64,000 nucleotides of DNA from Bacillota bacterium (GCA_050260455.1 JBLNCF010000012.1:58236-122235); one strand, 5' to 3'. Shown: positions 27,386 to 37,526, counted from the first letter of the stretch. Made by a program: numbers and translations. The notes: generated by a model from the letters alone, not told the origin.

Positions 27386-29065
27386 ATGACCCAGGCCCAA
27401 GCGCTCGACATTCTCAAGACCGGCGCGAACGTGTTCCTCACGGGGGAGCCGGGAAGCGGCAAGACGCACACGCTTTCCGCATACATCGCCTGGCTTAAGT
27501 CTCATGGCATCGAACCATCGGTGACTGCATCTACGGGCATCGCCGCAACGCATGTGGGCGGCATGACTATCCATTCGTGGAGCGGGATCGGTATTCTTGA
27601 GCACCTCGATGCAGAAGATCTCGATCGCATCGCCTCGAAGGAGCACGTTGCGCGCCGCATTCAAAAAGCAAAGGTACTTATCATTGATGAGATCTCCATG
27701 CTCTCTGCAGGGGCGCTCTCGATGGTGGACGCGGTTGCTCGCGAGGTGCGTCGAGATACTCGCGCCTTCGGCGGTCTACAAGTAATCTTCTGCGGCGATT
27801 TCTTCCAGCTTCCGCCCGTCACGCGCGGTGGCACGCCAGCAGAGTTTGCGTTCATGTCTCCATCGTGGCGTTCGGCTACACCGCTCGTGTGTTATCTCAC
27901 GGAGCAGCATCGCCAGGAGGACGACACCTATCTCTCCATTCTCTCCGCTATACGCGATGGCAGTTTCGATCATACGCATGCGTCGGCCATTCTCTCGCGC
28001 GAATCGGATGGGGACGAGCTTGAGAGCGACACGCCGCGCCTCTTCACGCACAACGCGGACGTGGATCGCATCAACGATGAATGTCTTGCGCGGCTTCCCG
28101 GTTCTTCTCGTGCGTTCCGTATGGAAACCACCGGTCCTGATGTGCTTATCGAAGGATTGAAGCGGGGTTGTCTGTCGCCCGAGACACTGGAACTGAAAGT
28201 GGGCGCCGTTGTGATGTGTACCAAGAATCATCCGGCAGGCATGTACGTGAACGGTACGCTCGGAACCGTCACCGGTTTCGCACGCGGTTCAGGCGAACCG
28301 ATCATCGAAACCCGCGATGGTCGGGAGCTGTCGATGGTATCAACCGAGTGGGCTCTTGAAGAGAATGGCAAGGTGCGTGCAAAGATTGCACAGGTGCCGC
28401 TTCGACTTGCATGGGCCATTACGATACATAAGAGTCAGGGCATGAGCATGGATGCCGCGGCCATCGATCTGTCACGCTCGTTTGAGTTTGGACAGGGGTA
28501 CGTTGCACTCTCGCGCGTGAGATCACTGTCAGGTCTTGTGCTTCTCGGGTGGAGTGAACAAGCGACTTTGGTGCATCCAGAAGTTGCGCGCATGGATGAA
28601 CGTCTGCGCGAGGAATCCTATGCCGCAGAAGAGGCGTTCCAGACGTTGAGTGAAGATGGCGACCTCGCAATCATGCACCGCAATTTCATCATGGCGTCCG
28701 GGGGTACGCTCACGGAAGCTCCAGAAGGAGCGAAGTCGACCAAGCGTACGACGTATGACGAGACACTCGCATTCATTGAAGACGGCATGCCGCTTATCGA
28801 TATCGCCAAAGAACGCAAACTCACGATCGGTACCATTGCCGATCATGCGGAAAAACTCATTGCAGGTGGACGCATTGATGCGGCGACCTTACTTGCACTC
28901 ATCCCGGCCCGACTGGTCGCCGGACTCCCTGATATCCACGAGACCTTCGAAGAAGTCGGTACGGAGAAACTTGCTCCGGCGCATGCAAAATTGCACGGCC
29001 GATATACCTACGATGAGTTGAAACTGGCCCGCATCCTGTACGCTCGGGAGGCTGGGGTAAAATAA
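27386..29065 (+). CDS. PIF1/RecD-like ATP-dependent DNA helicase
   Basis: Walker A GEPGSGKTH, DEIS Walker B, PIF1-like motifs; C-terminal helicase HTH-like region. Confidence 0.8.
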   Translation: MTQAQALDILKTGANVFLTGEPGSGKTHTLSAYIAWLKSHGIEPSVTASTGIAATHVGGMTIHSWSGIGILEHLDAEDLDRIASKEHVARRIQKAKVLIIDEISMLSAGALSMVDAVAREVRRDTRAFGGLQVIFCGDFFQLPPVTRGGTPAEFAFMSPSWRSATPLVCYLTEQHRQEDDTYLSILSAIRDGSFDHTHASAILSRESDGDELESDTPRLFTHNADVDRINDECLARLPGSSRAFRMETTGPDVLIEGLKRGCLSPETLELKVGAVVMCTKNHPAGMYVNGTLGTVTGFARGSGEPIIETRDGRELSMVSTEWALEENGKVRAKIAQVPLRLAWAITIHKSQGMSMDAAAIDLSRSFEFGQGYVALSRVRSLSGLVLLGWSEQATLVHPEVARMDERLREESYAAEEAFQTLSEDGDLAIMHRNFIMASGGTLTEAPEGAKSTKRTTYDETLAFIEDGMPLIDIAKERKLTIGTIADHAEKLIAGGRIDAATLLALIPARLVAGLPDIHETFEEVGTEKLAPAHAKLHGRYTYDELKLARILYAREAGVK

Positions 29066-29069
29066 GCGG

Positions 29070-30080
29070 ATGAGCGCGACCGTTCCTCCTCGGCCAAGCA
29101 TCGGCCGCGTCATCGGGCTTGCATTCTTATGGTTCTCTCTCGCCGTGATAGCGGTGGCGCTTCTGTATGCCGCCGCCTTCGGTCCCACCGATGCTTCTGC
29201 ACCGTCAGCACAATTCCTGGTGGAGCCGGACGAATCGGTAGAACAGGTGGGGAAGGCACTGGCTGTACAAGGATACGTGCGTTCTCCATTTATATTTGAA
29301 CTCGCGTACCTGCGTGCCACTCCGAATGGGAAAGGTATTCGTCCGGGTCAGTATGAGATAAGCAAGTCCATGGATGCCTGGGCCATCGGCGCTGCGCTTG
29401 TACGCTTGCCTTCAGTCGCGTGGGTAAAGATTCCTGTGGGACTACGTAAAGAGCAGATCGCTGATCTACTTGCAGACTCTCTTGAGTGGAGTGATGCACA
29501 AAGAACCGCATGGCTTGCGGCGACCGCAAGCACGAGTGTGAACTACCAGGAAGGTGTGTACTTCCCGGATACCTATTTCATTCCCACAGATGAAGACCCC
29601 GCGCTCATAGCTGAACGTATGCGCAACCGTTTTAAAGAAGTGTTCGCTCCCTATGCTGCGGAAGCGGTGAAGAAGGGTATTCCGTGGACGAAGGTGGTGA
29701 CCATTGCGTCACTGATTCAGCGTGAGGCGGGAAGTGCGAGCGACATGCCTATCATTTCCGGCATCATACAGAACCGTCTTAAGACGGGTATGCCGCTCGC
29801 GATAGATGCAACACTTCAATATATGGAGGGGAATGAGGAGAATGGCTGGTGGCCCAAACCGCATGCCGCTGCAACTTATCCCGCTTCACCTTTCAATACG
29901 TATAAAGAGACAGGGTTGCCGCCGCACCCGATTGCTAATCCAGGTTTGGTGGCCATTAATGCTGCGCTCAATCCCACCGCCACCGATTGTCTCTTCTATA
30001 TCCATGACAACAATGGTCAGATCCATTGTTCAAAGACCTATTCAGGGCAGATGGCGAATATCAAGAAATACTTAAGGTAA
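29070..30080 (+). CDS. mltG: endolytic murein transglycosylase MltG (YceG-like)
   Basis: N-terminal TM, YceG-like domain (GVYFPDTYFIP...ASLIQREAG...GMPLAIDATLQY). Confidence 0.8.
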   Translation: MSATVPPRPSIGRVIGLAFLWFSLAVIAVALLYAAAFGPTDASAPSAQFLVEPDESVEQVGKALAVQGYVRSPFIFELAYLRATPNGKGIRPGQYEISKSMDAWAIGAALVRLPSVAWVKIPVGLRKEQIADLLADSLEWSDAQRTAWLAATASTSVNYQEGVYFPDTYFIPTDEDPALIAERMRNRFKEVFAPYAAEAVKKGIPWTKVVTIASLIQREAGSASDMPIISGIIQNRLKTGMPLAIDATLQYMEGNEENGWWPKPHAAATYPASPFNTYKETGLPPHPIANPGLVAINAALNPTATDCLFYIHDNNGQIHCSKTYSGQMANIKKYLR

Positions 30081-30096
30081 TTGACCGTATAGGATC

Positions 30097-30789
30097 TTGT
30101 GTCATTCTCTCTCCAGAAAGGAGACACGCATGCGTGCCGACACTATCCCGAGTGACGAAGAAATCATCGAGATAAATCTTCGCTACTATCGTGAAAGAGT
30201 AGAAACGGAGCTCGTTGTCCAGCAACAGTATCAGGAGGAAAACGAACACGAGGATTCCGAAGCGGACTTGCTTTTCGAAGAGTTCAACGCGCGTTGCCCC
30301 AAGGATGGCATCCTGATTGATATTGGGTGTGGTCAGGGCCATTACGTCCCGTGGATGAAAGAGATGGGATTCACCGGGTACCTTGGCATCGACCCTTCGG
30401 AGGCAATGCTTGGACTTGCTCGTCTTCAGAATCCGGAGACCGAGTTCCGCGTGGGGAACGTGCTCACTCTGACAGAAACTGCGCCCGGGCCTTACGCTGG
30501 CTTTCTCTGCTGCTTTGCACTGCCGTTCATTCCTCGGGCGTATGTGCCCCGTGCTCTCGCAAATATCCGGAGTGTTCTACGCGATGGAAGCTACGGCATC
30601 TTCGCAGTTGCGTACGGAGATGGGGAGCGGTGGTCCGAGATTGTCGCTGAAGGAGAAGGGCTTCGGCCGTTCGTCACGGAGTGGGATGCGGAGCTTCTTG
30701 ATCCGCACTTATGCACTGCGGGCTTCGAGATGGTCCAGACCTATCTTGATCGCGACCGTTTCTTGTGGATGCTTGTTCGTGCGGAGTGA
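30097..30789 (+). CDS. class I SAM-dependent methyltransferase
   Basis: Motif I DIGCGQGHY. Confidence 0.7.
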   Translation: MCHSLSRKETRMRADTIPSDEEIIEINLRYYRERVETELVVQQQYQEENEHEDSEADLLFEEFNARCPKDGILIDIGCGQGHYVPWMKEMGFTGYLGIDPSEAMLGLARLQNPETEFRVGNVLTLTETAPGPYAGFLCCFALPFIPRAYVPRALANIRSVLRDGSYGIFAVAYGDGERWSEIVAEGEGLRPFVTEWDAELLDPHLCTAGFEMVQTYLDRDRFLWMLVRAE

Positions 30790-30796
30790 GTATATA

Positions 30797-30840
30797 GCCG
30801 CCGACGTGAGAGCCTTCTGCTCTCACAGGCGGCTTTCATG
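30797..30840 (+). terminator. candidate terminator (imperfect hairpin GCCGCC..GTGAGAGC-cttct-GCTCTCAC..GCGGC then TTTCATGTTTC)
   Basis: 8 nt after the methyltransferase stop. Confidence 0.4.
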
Positions 30841-30883
30841 TTTCATTGACGCCTTGCATATATAAAGGTATTTTTTACTCAAC

Positions 30884-30902
30884 GGCCGCGCGGCCTCTTT
30901 TT
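30884..30902 (+). promoter_or_regulatory. GC palindrome GGCCGCGCGGCC plus TCTTTTT immediately upstream of the typA start codon
   Basis: Perfect 12-bp palindrome followed by a U-tract ending 4 nt before the ATG; attenuator, operator or weak terminator. Confidence 0.35.
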
Positions 30903-30906
30903 AATT

Positions 30907-32694
30907 ATGGAAATACGGAATATCGCCATCATCGCCCACGTGGACCACGGCAAAACCACCCTTACTGACGCCCTCATGCGCCAGACCGGTGCGGTGCAGG
31001 AAGGCGTCTCCATGGACTCCAATACGCTTGAGCAGGAGCGCGGTATCACTATCTATTCGAAGAACACCTCCATCGAGTACAAGGGTACGAAGATCAACAT
31101 CGTGGACACACCGGGTCACGCCGACTTCGGCTCTGAAGTGGAGCGTGTGCTTCGTTCCATCGACTCGGTGCTTCTCGTCGTTGATGCGCAGGAAGGTCCG
31201 ATGCCGCAGACCCGCTTCGTGCTCAAGAAGTCGCTAGAGCTTGGATTGAAACCTATTGTGGTCCTGAACAAGATTGATAAGCCGGCAGCGAATCCTGCAC
31301 AGGCAGAGGAGCAGGTGCTTGAACTCTTCTGGGAACTCGGTGCAAGCGATGAGCAGTCTGACTTCCGTACGGTGTACGCTATCGGTCGCGAGGGTGTTGC
31401 CATGAAGAACCTTGAAGACGAGCGTACGGACCTTACGCCGCTTCTCGATACCATTCTTGAACTCGTTCCTCCTGCGTCCACGCCGGAAGCAGTGGAGAAA
31501 CCTGCGAAACTCCAGGCATTTAATCTCGCGTACGACAACTTCCTTGGCCGCCTCGCCATCTGCCGCGTATACGAAGGTGTCATCAAGGGGACTGACAACG
31601 TGACGGTGAAAAAACCGACTGGCGAAGCACGCACGGGCAAGCTCACCAAGGTCTTTACCTTCAAAGGGCTTGAACGTGTTGACGTACCTGAAGCCCAGGC
31701 GGGCGACATTGTTATCATTGCTGGTCTCCCCGACATCTTCATTGGCGAAACGATTACGACTGATCCGAATGCCGAGGCGCTTCCGGCCATCGCTATTGAT
31801 GAGCCGACCATTACGCTCTCGTTTCTGGTCAACAACTCTCCGTTTGCTGGTAAGGAAGGGAAGTACGTCACTTCACGCCAGCTCCGTGAGTATCTTGAAC
31901 GCGAGCTTGAAGTGAACGTGGGCCTTAAGGTGGACTTTGTTGCACCGGATAATTTCCAGGTCTCCGGCCGTGGTGAGCTTCACATTGCGATTCTTCTTGA
32001 GAATATGCGCCGTGCAGGATACGAAATGCAGGTCTCGCAGCCGCAGGTCATCATTCACGACAACAATGGCGTGAAGGAGGAACCGTTTGAAGAAGTCATT
32101 ATTGATACGCCGTCCGAGTTCCAGGGTGCCATCATCGAGAAGCTTGGTCAGCGCGGTTTTGTGCTTCAGAACATGCTGCAGCACGACACGCAGGTGCGCC
32201 TTACGCTTGAAGGTCCGACGCGCGGACTCCTCGGCTACCGCAACCAGTTTGTAATCGACACTAAGGGTGAGGGCATCCTCTCTTCACGTGTTATCGGCTT
32301 CAAGCCATTTGCCGGTGAAATTAAGAAGCGCCAGGTAGGCTCGATGATCTCGATGGCGGCTGGCAAAGCGCTCGGCTACGCCCTCTGGGGTCTTCAGGAA
32401 CGCGGCACACTCTACATGGGTCCAGGTGTGGATGTCTACGAGGGTCAGGTTATCGGCAATACCTCGAAGGGTGAAGAGATGATCGTGAATCCCACCAAGG
32501 GTAAGAACCTTACCAACGTGCGTTCGTCTGGCAACGATGAGGCTATCAATCTCTTTCCGCCGTATACGCTTTCTATCGAGCGTGGTCTTGAAGTGATGGC
32601 GGAGGACGAGTATCTCGAAATCACTCCTTCTTCGGTTCGTTTGCGCAAGCAGTATCTGACCGAGACCGATCGCGCAAAGGCTCGTCGCGCGTAG
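30907..32694 (+). CDS. typA: translational GTPase TypA/BipA
   Basis: [26 protein letters not shown]; 595 aa. Confidence 0.95.
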   Translation: MEIRNIAIIAHVDHGKTTLTDALMRQTGAVQEGVSMDSNTLEQERGITIYSKNTSIEYKGTKINIVDTPGHADFGSEVERVLRSIDSVLLVVDAQEGPMPQTRFVLKKSLELGLKPIVVLNKIDKPAANPAQAEEQVLELFWELGASDEQSDFRTVYAIGREGVAMKNLEDERTDLTPLLDTILELVPPASTPEAVEKPAKLQAFNLAYDNFLGRLAICRVYEGVIKGTDNVTVKKPTGEARTGKLTKVFTFKGLERVDVPEAQAGDIVIIAGLPDIFIGETITTDPNAEALPAIAIDEPTITLSFLVNNSPFAGKEGKYVTSRQLREYLERELEVNVGLKVDFVAPDNFQVSGRGELHIAILLENMRRAGYEMQVSQPQVIIHDNNGVKEEPFEEVIIDTPSEFQGAIIEKLGQRGFVLQNMLQHDTQVRLTLEGPTRGLLGYRNQFVIDTKGEGILSSRVIGFKPFAGEIKKRQVGSMISMAAGKALGYALWGLQERGTLYMGPGVDVYEGQVIGNTSKGEEMIVNPTKGKNLTNVRSSGNDEAINLFPPYTLSIERGLEVMAEDEYLEITPSSVRLRKQYLTETDRAKARRA

Positions 32695-32731
32695 TTGCCA
32701 CAATTATAAATACGTGTTTCTATGCGGCGGG

Positions 32732-32756
32732 GCCTCGAACGAGGCTTTGCTGTTTT
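32732..32756 (+). terminator. candidate terminator GCCTC-gaac-GAGGC then TTTGCTGTTTT
   Basis: Short GC stem plus U-tract after typA, only about 25 nt before the dapD start. Confidence 0.4.
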
Positions 32757-32782
32757 CAACTGGTCACGAGGGAGATGACCGA

Positions 32783-33982
32783 ATGTCGACCGAAGGATAT
32801 ATAGTTCAACTCGAGGCGCTCGCCAAACGTCTTGGGAAGCAGTTTCCGCTCCGAGAAGACGAACTCGGCGTGCAGGCCATCAATTTTCCCGCGCTCGACA
32901 AACTGGTCATCGAAGCGACGGCTAATAATCTAGGTTCTCGGCTCTTCGCTGAGAGCCTCGCCTTTGAACCGCTTGAGGCTGGCGTACAGCAGCAAGTCAT
33001 GGTCACTGATACCGTGATCGCTACGGCGCGGGCATACTTCTGTCAGTATTGGGATGATGAACCTCTTTCGGGCAAGCATCCCTTCATCGATGCGCTCAAA
33101 CGGGCCCATGCGGCAAAAAGCGCGTTCTACCTCGTTGTGAAAGAAGGGAAGAAAAAACCGATGTTCGACGGACTTGAAGAAACGATCAATAGGGCGTGGG
33201 AGGATCGGGGCTCCATCTCGGTCGAGACCAGGGGTCAGGCCCGCGATGCCGTTCATGCTGTGCTTGAACTTCTCGATTCAGGTGCCCTTCGGGTCGCCGA
33301 GAAGGGAAAAGACGGCTGGGTGGTCAATCAATGGGCCAAAAAGGCAGTGCTGCTTTCTTTCCGCCTCAATCCGAACGCTCTCATCGTGCCGGCCACCAGT
33401 GGGGCGTGGTACGACAAAGTGCCGGGAAAATTCGAGAGCTGGACTGGAAAGCAATTCGCGTCTGCCGGCATTCGCGCGGTGCCAGGCTCGATTGCTCGTC
33501 GCGGTGCGTTCATTGGCAAGGGTGTGGTGCTCATGCCCTCCTTCGTCAACATTGGTGCGTACGTCGATGAGAATGCGATGGTGGATTCCTGGGCGACCGT
33601 CGGTTCTTGTGCTCAGATCGGCAAGAACGTCCACCTCTCCGGCGGTGTCGGTATCGGTGGCGTTCTCGAACCGCTCCAGGCCAACCCGACCATCATCGAG
33701 GATGATTGCTTTATTGGCGCTCGTTCCGAAGTGGTGGAAGGGGTCATTGTCGGCCAAGGTTCGGTGCTCTCGATGGGTGTCTTCATCGGCGAATCGACCA
33801 AGATCTACAACCGGGAGACGCGCGAAATCATCTATGGACATGTACCTCCATACTCGGTGGTGGTCCCCGGATCGCTGCCGGCGGCTGACGGTACTCACTC
33901 GCTATACTGCGCCGTCATCGTGAAGACGGTGGATGCTCAGACTCGGGCCAAGACCAGCATCAACGAACTTCTGCGCGGCTAA
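32783..33982 (+). CDS. dapD: 2,3,4,5-tetrahydropyridine-2,6-dicarboxylate N-succinyltransferase (long form)
   Basis: Hexapeptide-repeat C-terminal half with [20 protein letters not shown] and ...[24 protein letters not shown] as in DapD; start MSTEGY preceded by GAGGGAG. Confidence 0.75.
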   Translation: MSTEGYIVQLEALAKRLGKQFPLREDELGVQAINFPALDKLVIEATANNLGSRLFAESLAFEPLEAGVQQQVMVTDTVIATARAYFCQYWDDEPLSGKHPFIDALKRAHAAKSAFYLVVKEGKKKPMFDGLEETINRAWEDRGSISVETRGQARDAVHAVLELLDSGALRVAEKGKDGWVVNQWAKKAVLLSFRLNPNALIVPATSGAWYDKVPGKFESWTGKQFASAGIRAVPGSIARRGAFIGKGVVLMPSFVNIGAYVDENAMVDSWATVGSCAQIGKNVHLSGGVGIGGVLEPLQANPTIIEDDCFIGARSEVVEGVIVGQGSVLSMGVFIGESTKIYNRETREIIYGHVPPYSVVVPGSLPAADGTHSLYCAVIVKTVDAQTRAKTSINELLRG

Positions 33983-34004
33983 CGCTCGCGTCGGACTACA
34001 ACTT

Positions 34005-34044
34005 GGGCGCTTCCTCTCTGGGGAAGCGCCTTCATCTTTTCTTT
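34005..34044 (+). terminator. Rho-independent terminator
   Basis: GGGCGCTTCC-tctctg-GGAAGCGCC then TTCATCTTTTCTTT. Confidence 0.6.
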
Positions 34045-34126
34045 GGATGCGATGTACTACAAATGCTAATCCGAGACCCTCTCGTACGTCTCGCGTGAGC
34101 CACTTAATCGGCTAACTCCTCACCCT

Positions 34127-34279
34127 ATGCTCGTAACTATCGCCGTCATTCTCCTCGTCCTCTGGGCCTTGGGCCTCGTGACGTCCTATACCATTGGAGG
34201 ATTCATCCATCTCCTTCTTGTTGCCGCGATCATCCTCGTCCTCATTCGTCTTATCCAGGGACGGAGCCCGGTCGCGTAG
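34127..34279 (+). CDS. lmo0937-family small membrane protein (50 aa)
   Basis: MLVTIAVILLVLWALGLVTSYTIGGFIHLLLVAAIILVLIRLIQGRSPVA matches the lmo0937 family pattern; too short for the ORF track; no obvious Shine-Dalgarno. Confidence 0.65.
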   Translation: MLVTIAVILLVLWALGLVTSYTIGGFIHLLLVAAIILVLIRLIQGRSPVA

Positions 34280-34366
34280 GGAAGGATAATATCGTGCCGG
34301 CTTCTGCACGGCGTGCAGCGCAAGTCTCAGCGAGCGGGACGTGCGCTGCACGCTAGGGCAGAAGCC

Positions 34367-34395
34367 TTGAATAAGCGCCATGCGCGTGGTATACT
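34367..34395 (+). promoter_or_regulatory. sigma70-type promoter TTGAAT-N17-TGGTATACT (extended -10) for the DEAD-box helicase
   Basis: Good -35, 17-nt spacer, TGn extended -10; predicts a 5' UTR of about 155 nt. Confidence 0.5.
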
Positions 34396-34558
34396 CCCGG
34401 TACAACAGTGCTCCAAGTTTACTGTCTTGAGGACTCCATTTTGTCGGTAGTCGGCTCGAGACCAGGAAGGACTCTTCCACCTGAAACTCTCGAGGACCGT
34501 TGTGCTTATCCGATTTCGGCCTGTATTTACATACGGTTCCGACAAGACAATTACTTAC

Positions 34559-35947
34559 ATGCAGCAATTCAAGAACAGGGGCGGTGGCGCAGTGCGTTCA
34601 CGTCCCGCTAAGTCCGGCGCACGGCGTGCCGCTCCTTCGAGTGCGTACGAGGCGGGTATGAAGTTCGCCCAGGAGCTCGGTATGACGCCGACCCTCAATT
34701 ATGTTCCTCGTCGCGAAGCGCCTCGCGGCCGTCCCAATCGCGGTGGTTCCGGGGGTGGGCGCTCACGTACGGGGAGTTCTCGCGGTCGCAACGATTCTTC
34801 GCGCGGAGGCGGTAAACGCAATGCGCAGGAGATGGCCGTTGACCTCTCGAAGCTCATCAACAAAGCAGCACCGATGGAAGCGGAAGCTCCCTATGTGCCG
34901 CAGCACTCATTCAACGACTTTAAGATTGACGAGCGACTGAAGGCTAACATCGCCGCGAAGGGATATCTCACCCCGACTCCCATCCAAGATCAGTCCATCC
35001 CGCATGTGCTTAAGGGTGAGGACATTGTGGGACTCGCAAACACCGGTACCGGCAAGACCGCATCCTTCCTCATTCCGCTCATCGACAAGGTGATCAAGTT
35101 CCGCACCCTCGGCAAGAATGAGCGCGTGCTCATCATGGTGCCTACGCGCGAACTCGCACTCCAGATCGAGCAGGAGTTCTTCGGCTTTGCCAAGGGGCTC
35201 GGACTCGCAAGCGTCACCTGTGTTGGTGGTGCAAATATTGTGCCGCAGATTCGTGTACTCCGTCGCAATCCTGCCTTCGTCATCGGTACGCCGGGACGTC
35301 TGAAGGATCTTATGGAACGCAAGGATCTCGACCTCTCCGATTTCGCTACCGTCGTGCTCGACGAGGCGGACCGCATGCTCGACATGGGATTCATTGGCGA
35401 TATGCGCTACATCCTTTCCTGCATGCAGGAGAAGCGCCACACGCTTTTCTTCTCGGCCACTATGGATAAAGAGATTGAGAAACTCATCGGTGATTTCCTC
35501 ACCAATCCGGCTCGTGTGTCCGTGAAGACGCGTGATACCGCAGCGACTATCGACCAGGATGTTGTGTACGTTACACGCGACAACAAGTTCGATGTGCTTG
35601 TAGACCTTCTTACGGGTCCGGACATGGACAAGGTTCTCGTCTTCGGCCGCACGAAGCATGGCGTCGAGCGTCTCACTCGTGACCTCAATCGTCGCGGAGT
35701 GAAGGCTGATTCTATCCATGGCGATAAAACGCATGGTCGCCGCCAGAAGGCACTTGGTCTCTTCAAGCAGAATCATATCCAAGTGCTAGTTGCGACTGAC
35801 GTGGCTGCTCGCGGTCTCGATATCTCGGGTGTCTCGCATGTCATCAACTATGATCTGCCCGCGACGTATGAGGACTATACGCACCGCATCGGCCGCACCG
35901 GCCGTGCCGGGAAGACGGGCCAGGCCCTCACGTTCGTAAGCCAATAA
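34559..35947 (+). CDS. DEAD-box ATP-dependent RNA helicase with Arg/Gly-rich N-terminal extension
   Basis: Q-motif, AxTGTGKT, DEAD, SAT, HRIGRTGRAG motifs; start taken at MQQFKNRGGG (track ORF starts 34502 with GTG); N-terminal about 110 aa RG/RGG-rich. Confidence 0.85.
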   Translation: MQQFKNRGGGAVRSRPAKSGARRAAPSSAYEAGMKFAQELGMTPTLNYVPRREAPRGRPNRGGSGGGRSRTGSSRGRNDSSRGGGKRNAQEMAVDLSKLINKAAPMEAEAPYVPQHSFNDFKIDERLKANIAAKGYLTPTPIQDQSIPHVLKGEDIVGLANTGTGKTASFLIPLIDKVIKFRTLGKNERVLIMVPTRELALQIEQEFFGFAKGLGLASVTCVGGANIVPQIRVLRRNPAFVIGTPGRLKDLMERKDLDLSDFATVVLDEADRMLDMGFIGDMRYILSCMQEKRHTLFFSATMDKEIEKLIGDFLTNPARVSVKTRDTAATIDQDVVYVTRDNKFDVLVDLLTGPDMDKVLVFGRTKHGVERLTRDLNRRGVKADSIHGDKTHGRRQKALGLFKQNHIQVLVATDVAARGLDISGVSHVINYDLPATYEDYTHRIGRTGRAGKTGQALTFVSQ

Positions 35948-35959
35948 TCAGGCTCGTAT

Positions 35960-36002
35960 AGCAGAACCCCCGCGCCTAGCGGGGGTTCTGCTATACTGCT
36001 TC
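35960..36002 (+). terminator. Rho-independent terminator (3' arm overlaps a TGcTATACT -10-like element)
   Basis: AGCAGAACCCCCGC-gccta-GCGGGGGTTCTGCT, then ATACTGCTTCGG. Confidence 0.55.
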
Positions 36003-36034
36003 GGTATTGGAATAACGGGCCTCTAACATACCGT

Positions 36035-36736
36035 ATGGATTCGAAAGCATCGTTCCTCGAGAAATATCTGACACCCATTGCTGTGCTCTTGGGTGCCGTC
36101 ATCATCGCTGCCGCATTTATCTTTGGACACCCGGGCAAGCCGGCTGGCACGAATGGACAGCAGCAGGCCACGCAGGTGGATATCAAGAAGGTAAAGACCG
36201 AAGGTGATCCCTTCATTGGTGACCCGAACGCACCGGTCACGATCGCGTTCTGGTTTGATTATCAGTGTCCGTTCTGCAAGCAGTTCGAGGAAAACGTTGC
36301 GTCACAGCTCTACGAGAACTACGTGAAGACTGGCAAGGTGAAAATCGTTTTCAAGGACTTCCAGTTCCTCGGTCAGGACTCCATGACAGGGGCCGAGTTT
36401 GCGCGTGCGATGTGGGAGGCCTATCCCGACCATTTCTACGAGTGGTACCAGGCGATGTTCAATGCCCAGGATGATGAAGGTGACCAGGGCTTCGGTGACC
36501 TCGATTCCATCAAGGCACTTACCGCGAAGATCCAGGGTGTCGACGTGAATAAGGTTGTCGCGCTCATGAATCAGAAGAAGAGCCAGTACGATGCCGCCAT
36601 TGCGGCAGATCGGGACGAGGGTCAGGCTATGGGAGTCAACGGCACTCCGGCGCTTATCGTCGGCACCACGCTCCTTTCAGGTGCGCAGCCATACGCCACC
36701 GTTGCACCGCTCATTGACGCACAGCTCAAGAAATAG
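36035..36736 (+). CDS. DsbA/BdbD-like thiol:disulfide oxidoreductase, membrane-anchored
   Basis: N-terminal TM, thioredoxin fold with CPFC active site (WFDYQCPFCKQFEE). Confidence 0.75.
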   Translation: MDSKASFLEKYLTPIAVLLGAVIIAAAFIFGHPGKPAGTNGQQQATQVDIKKVKTEGDPFIGDPNAPVTIAFWFDYQCPFCKQFEENVASQLYENYVKTGKVKIVFKDFQFLGQDSMTGAEFARAMWEAYPDHFYEWYQAMFNAQDDEGDQGFGDLDSIKALTAKIQGVDVNKVVALMNQKKSQYDAAIAADRDEGQAMGVNGTPALIVGTTLLSGAQPYATVAPLIDAQLKK

Positions 36737-36763
36737 AATCTTCAGTGCTTTCGGAATGAAGCC

Positions 36764-36797
36764 ATCACGCCCCGTTCACCGGGGCGTGATGTATTAT
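36764..36797 (+). terminator. candidate terminator ATCACGCCCCG-ttcac-CGGGGCGTGAT then GTATTAT
   Basis: 11-bp stem; weak U-tract. Confidence 0.45.
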
Positions 36798-36805
36798 CAG
36801 CGGAT

Positions 36806-37510
36806 ATGACAGACGACACCTACGTTACGCTCGCCGTGGAAGACGGATCTGAAATGCGCGCCTATGTGGCGCAGCCCTCGGTTACGCCGCGTGCCGGCAT
36901 CATCGTTATTCAGGAAGCGTTCGGGGTGAATCCCTATATTCGTAGTGTGGCGGACCGATTCGCGAGCGAGGGATATCTCGCTGTCGCACCCGAGCTCTTT
37001 CATCGCACCGCTCCTGGTTTTGAATCTGATTACGTAAATCGCGACGGTGTGGCAGAGAACATGGCGGGACTCACACTCGGAGGCCAGGAACATGATCTCC
37101 GAGCAGCCTACGAATGGCTCCGTACAGAAGGAGGTGTAGGGGAACGCATCGCGACCGTTGGATTCTGCATGGGCGGAAAGGCATCGTATCTTGCAAACGC
37201 CATCCTTCCGTTGAAGGCTGCGGTGTCCTACTACGGCGGGGGTATTGCACCTGACCTTCTCGATCGTGCCGTGAACCTGAATGCTCCCATGCTCTTCTTC
37301 TGGGGAGGGAAGGACGCACACATTCCGCGCGAGCTCTGGAGTCAAATTCCAGAAGCAATGGAGCAGGCAGGAAAATCCCACATCACGGTGGAGATGGGGG
37401 ACGCCGGTCATGGCTTCTTCTGCGATCAGCGCGATAGCTACGACCCAGCAGCCAGTGCGCTTGCGTGGCCCCTCACACTCCAATTCCTCGACCAAAAGTT
37501 ATCCTCGTAG
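36806..37510 (+). CDS. dienelactone hydrolase family protein
   Basis: alpha/beta hydrolase with GFCMGG nucleophile elbow; DLH-like N-term IIVIQEAFGVN. Confidence 0.75.
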   Translation: MTDDTYVTLAVEDGSEMRAYVAQPSVTPRAGIIVIQEAFGVNPYIRSVADRFASEGYLAVAPELFHRTAPGFESDYVNRDGVAENMAGLTLGGQEHDLRAAYEWLRTEGGVGERIATVGFCMGGKASYLANAILPLKAAVSYYGGGIAPDLLDRAVNLNAPMLFFWGGKDAHIPRELWSQIPEAMEQAGKSHITVEMGDAGHGFFCDQRDSYDPAASALAWPLTLQFLDQKLSS

Positions 37511-37526
37511 CGCAGTTGGTTGACTT

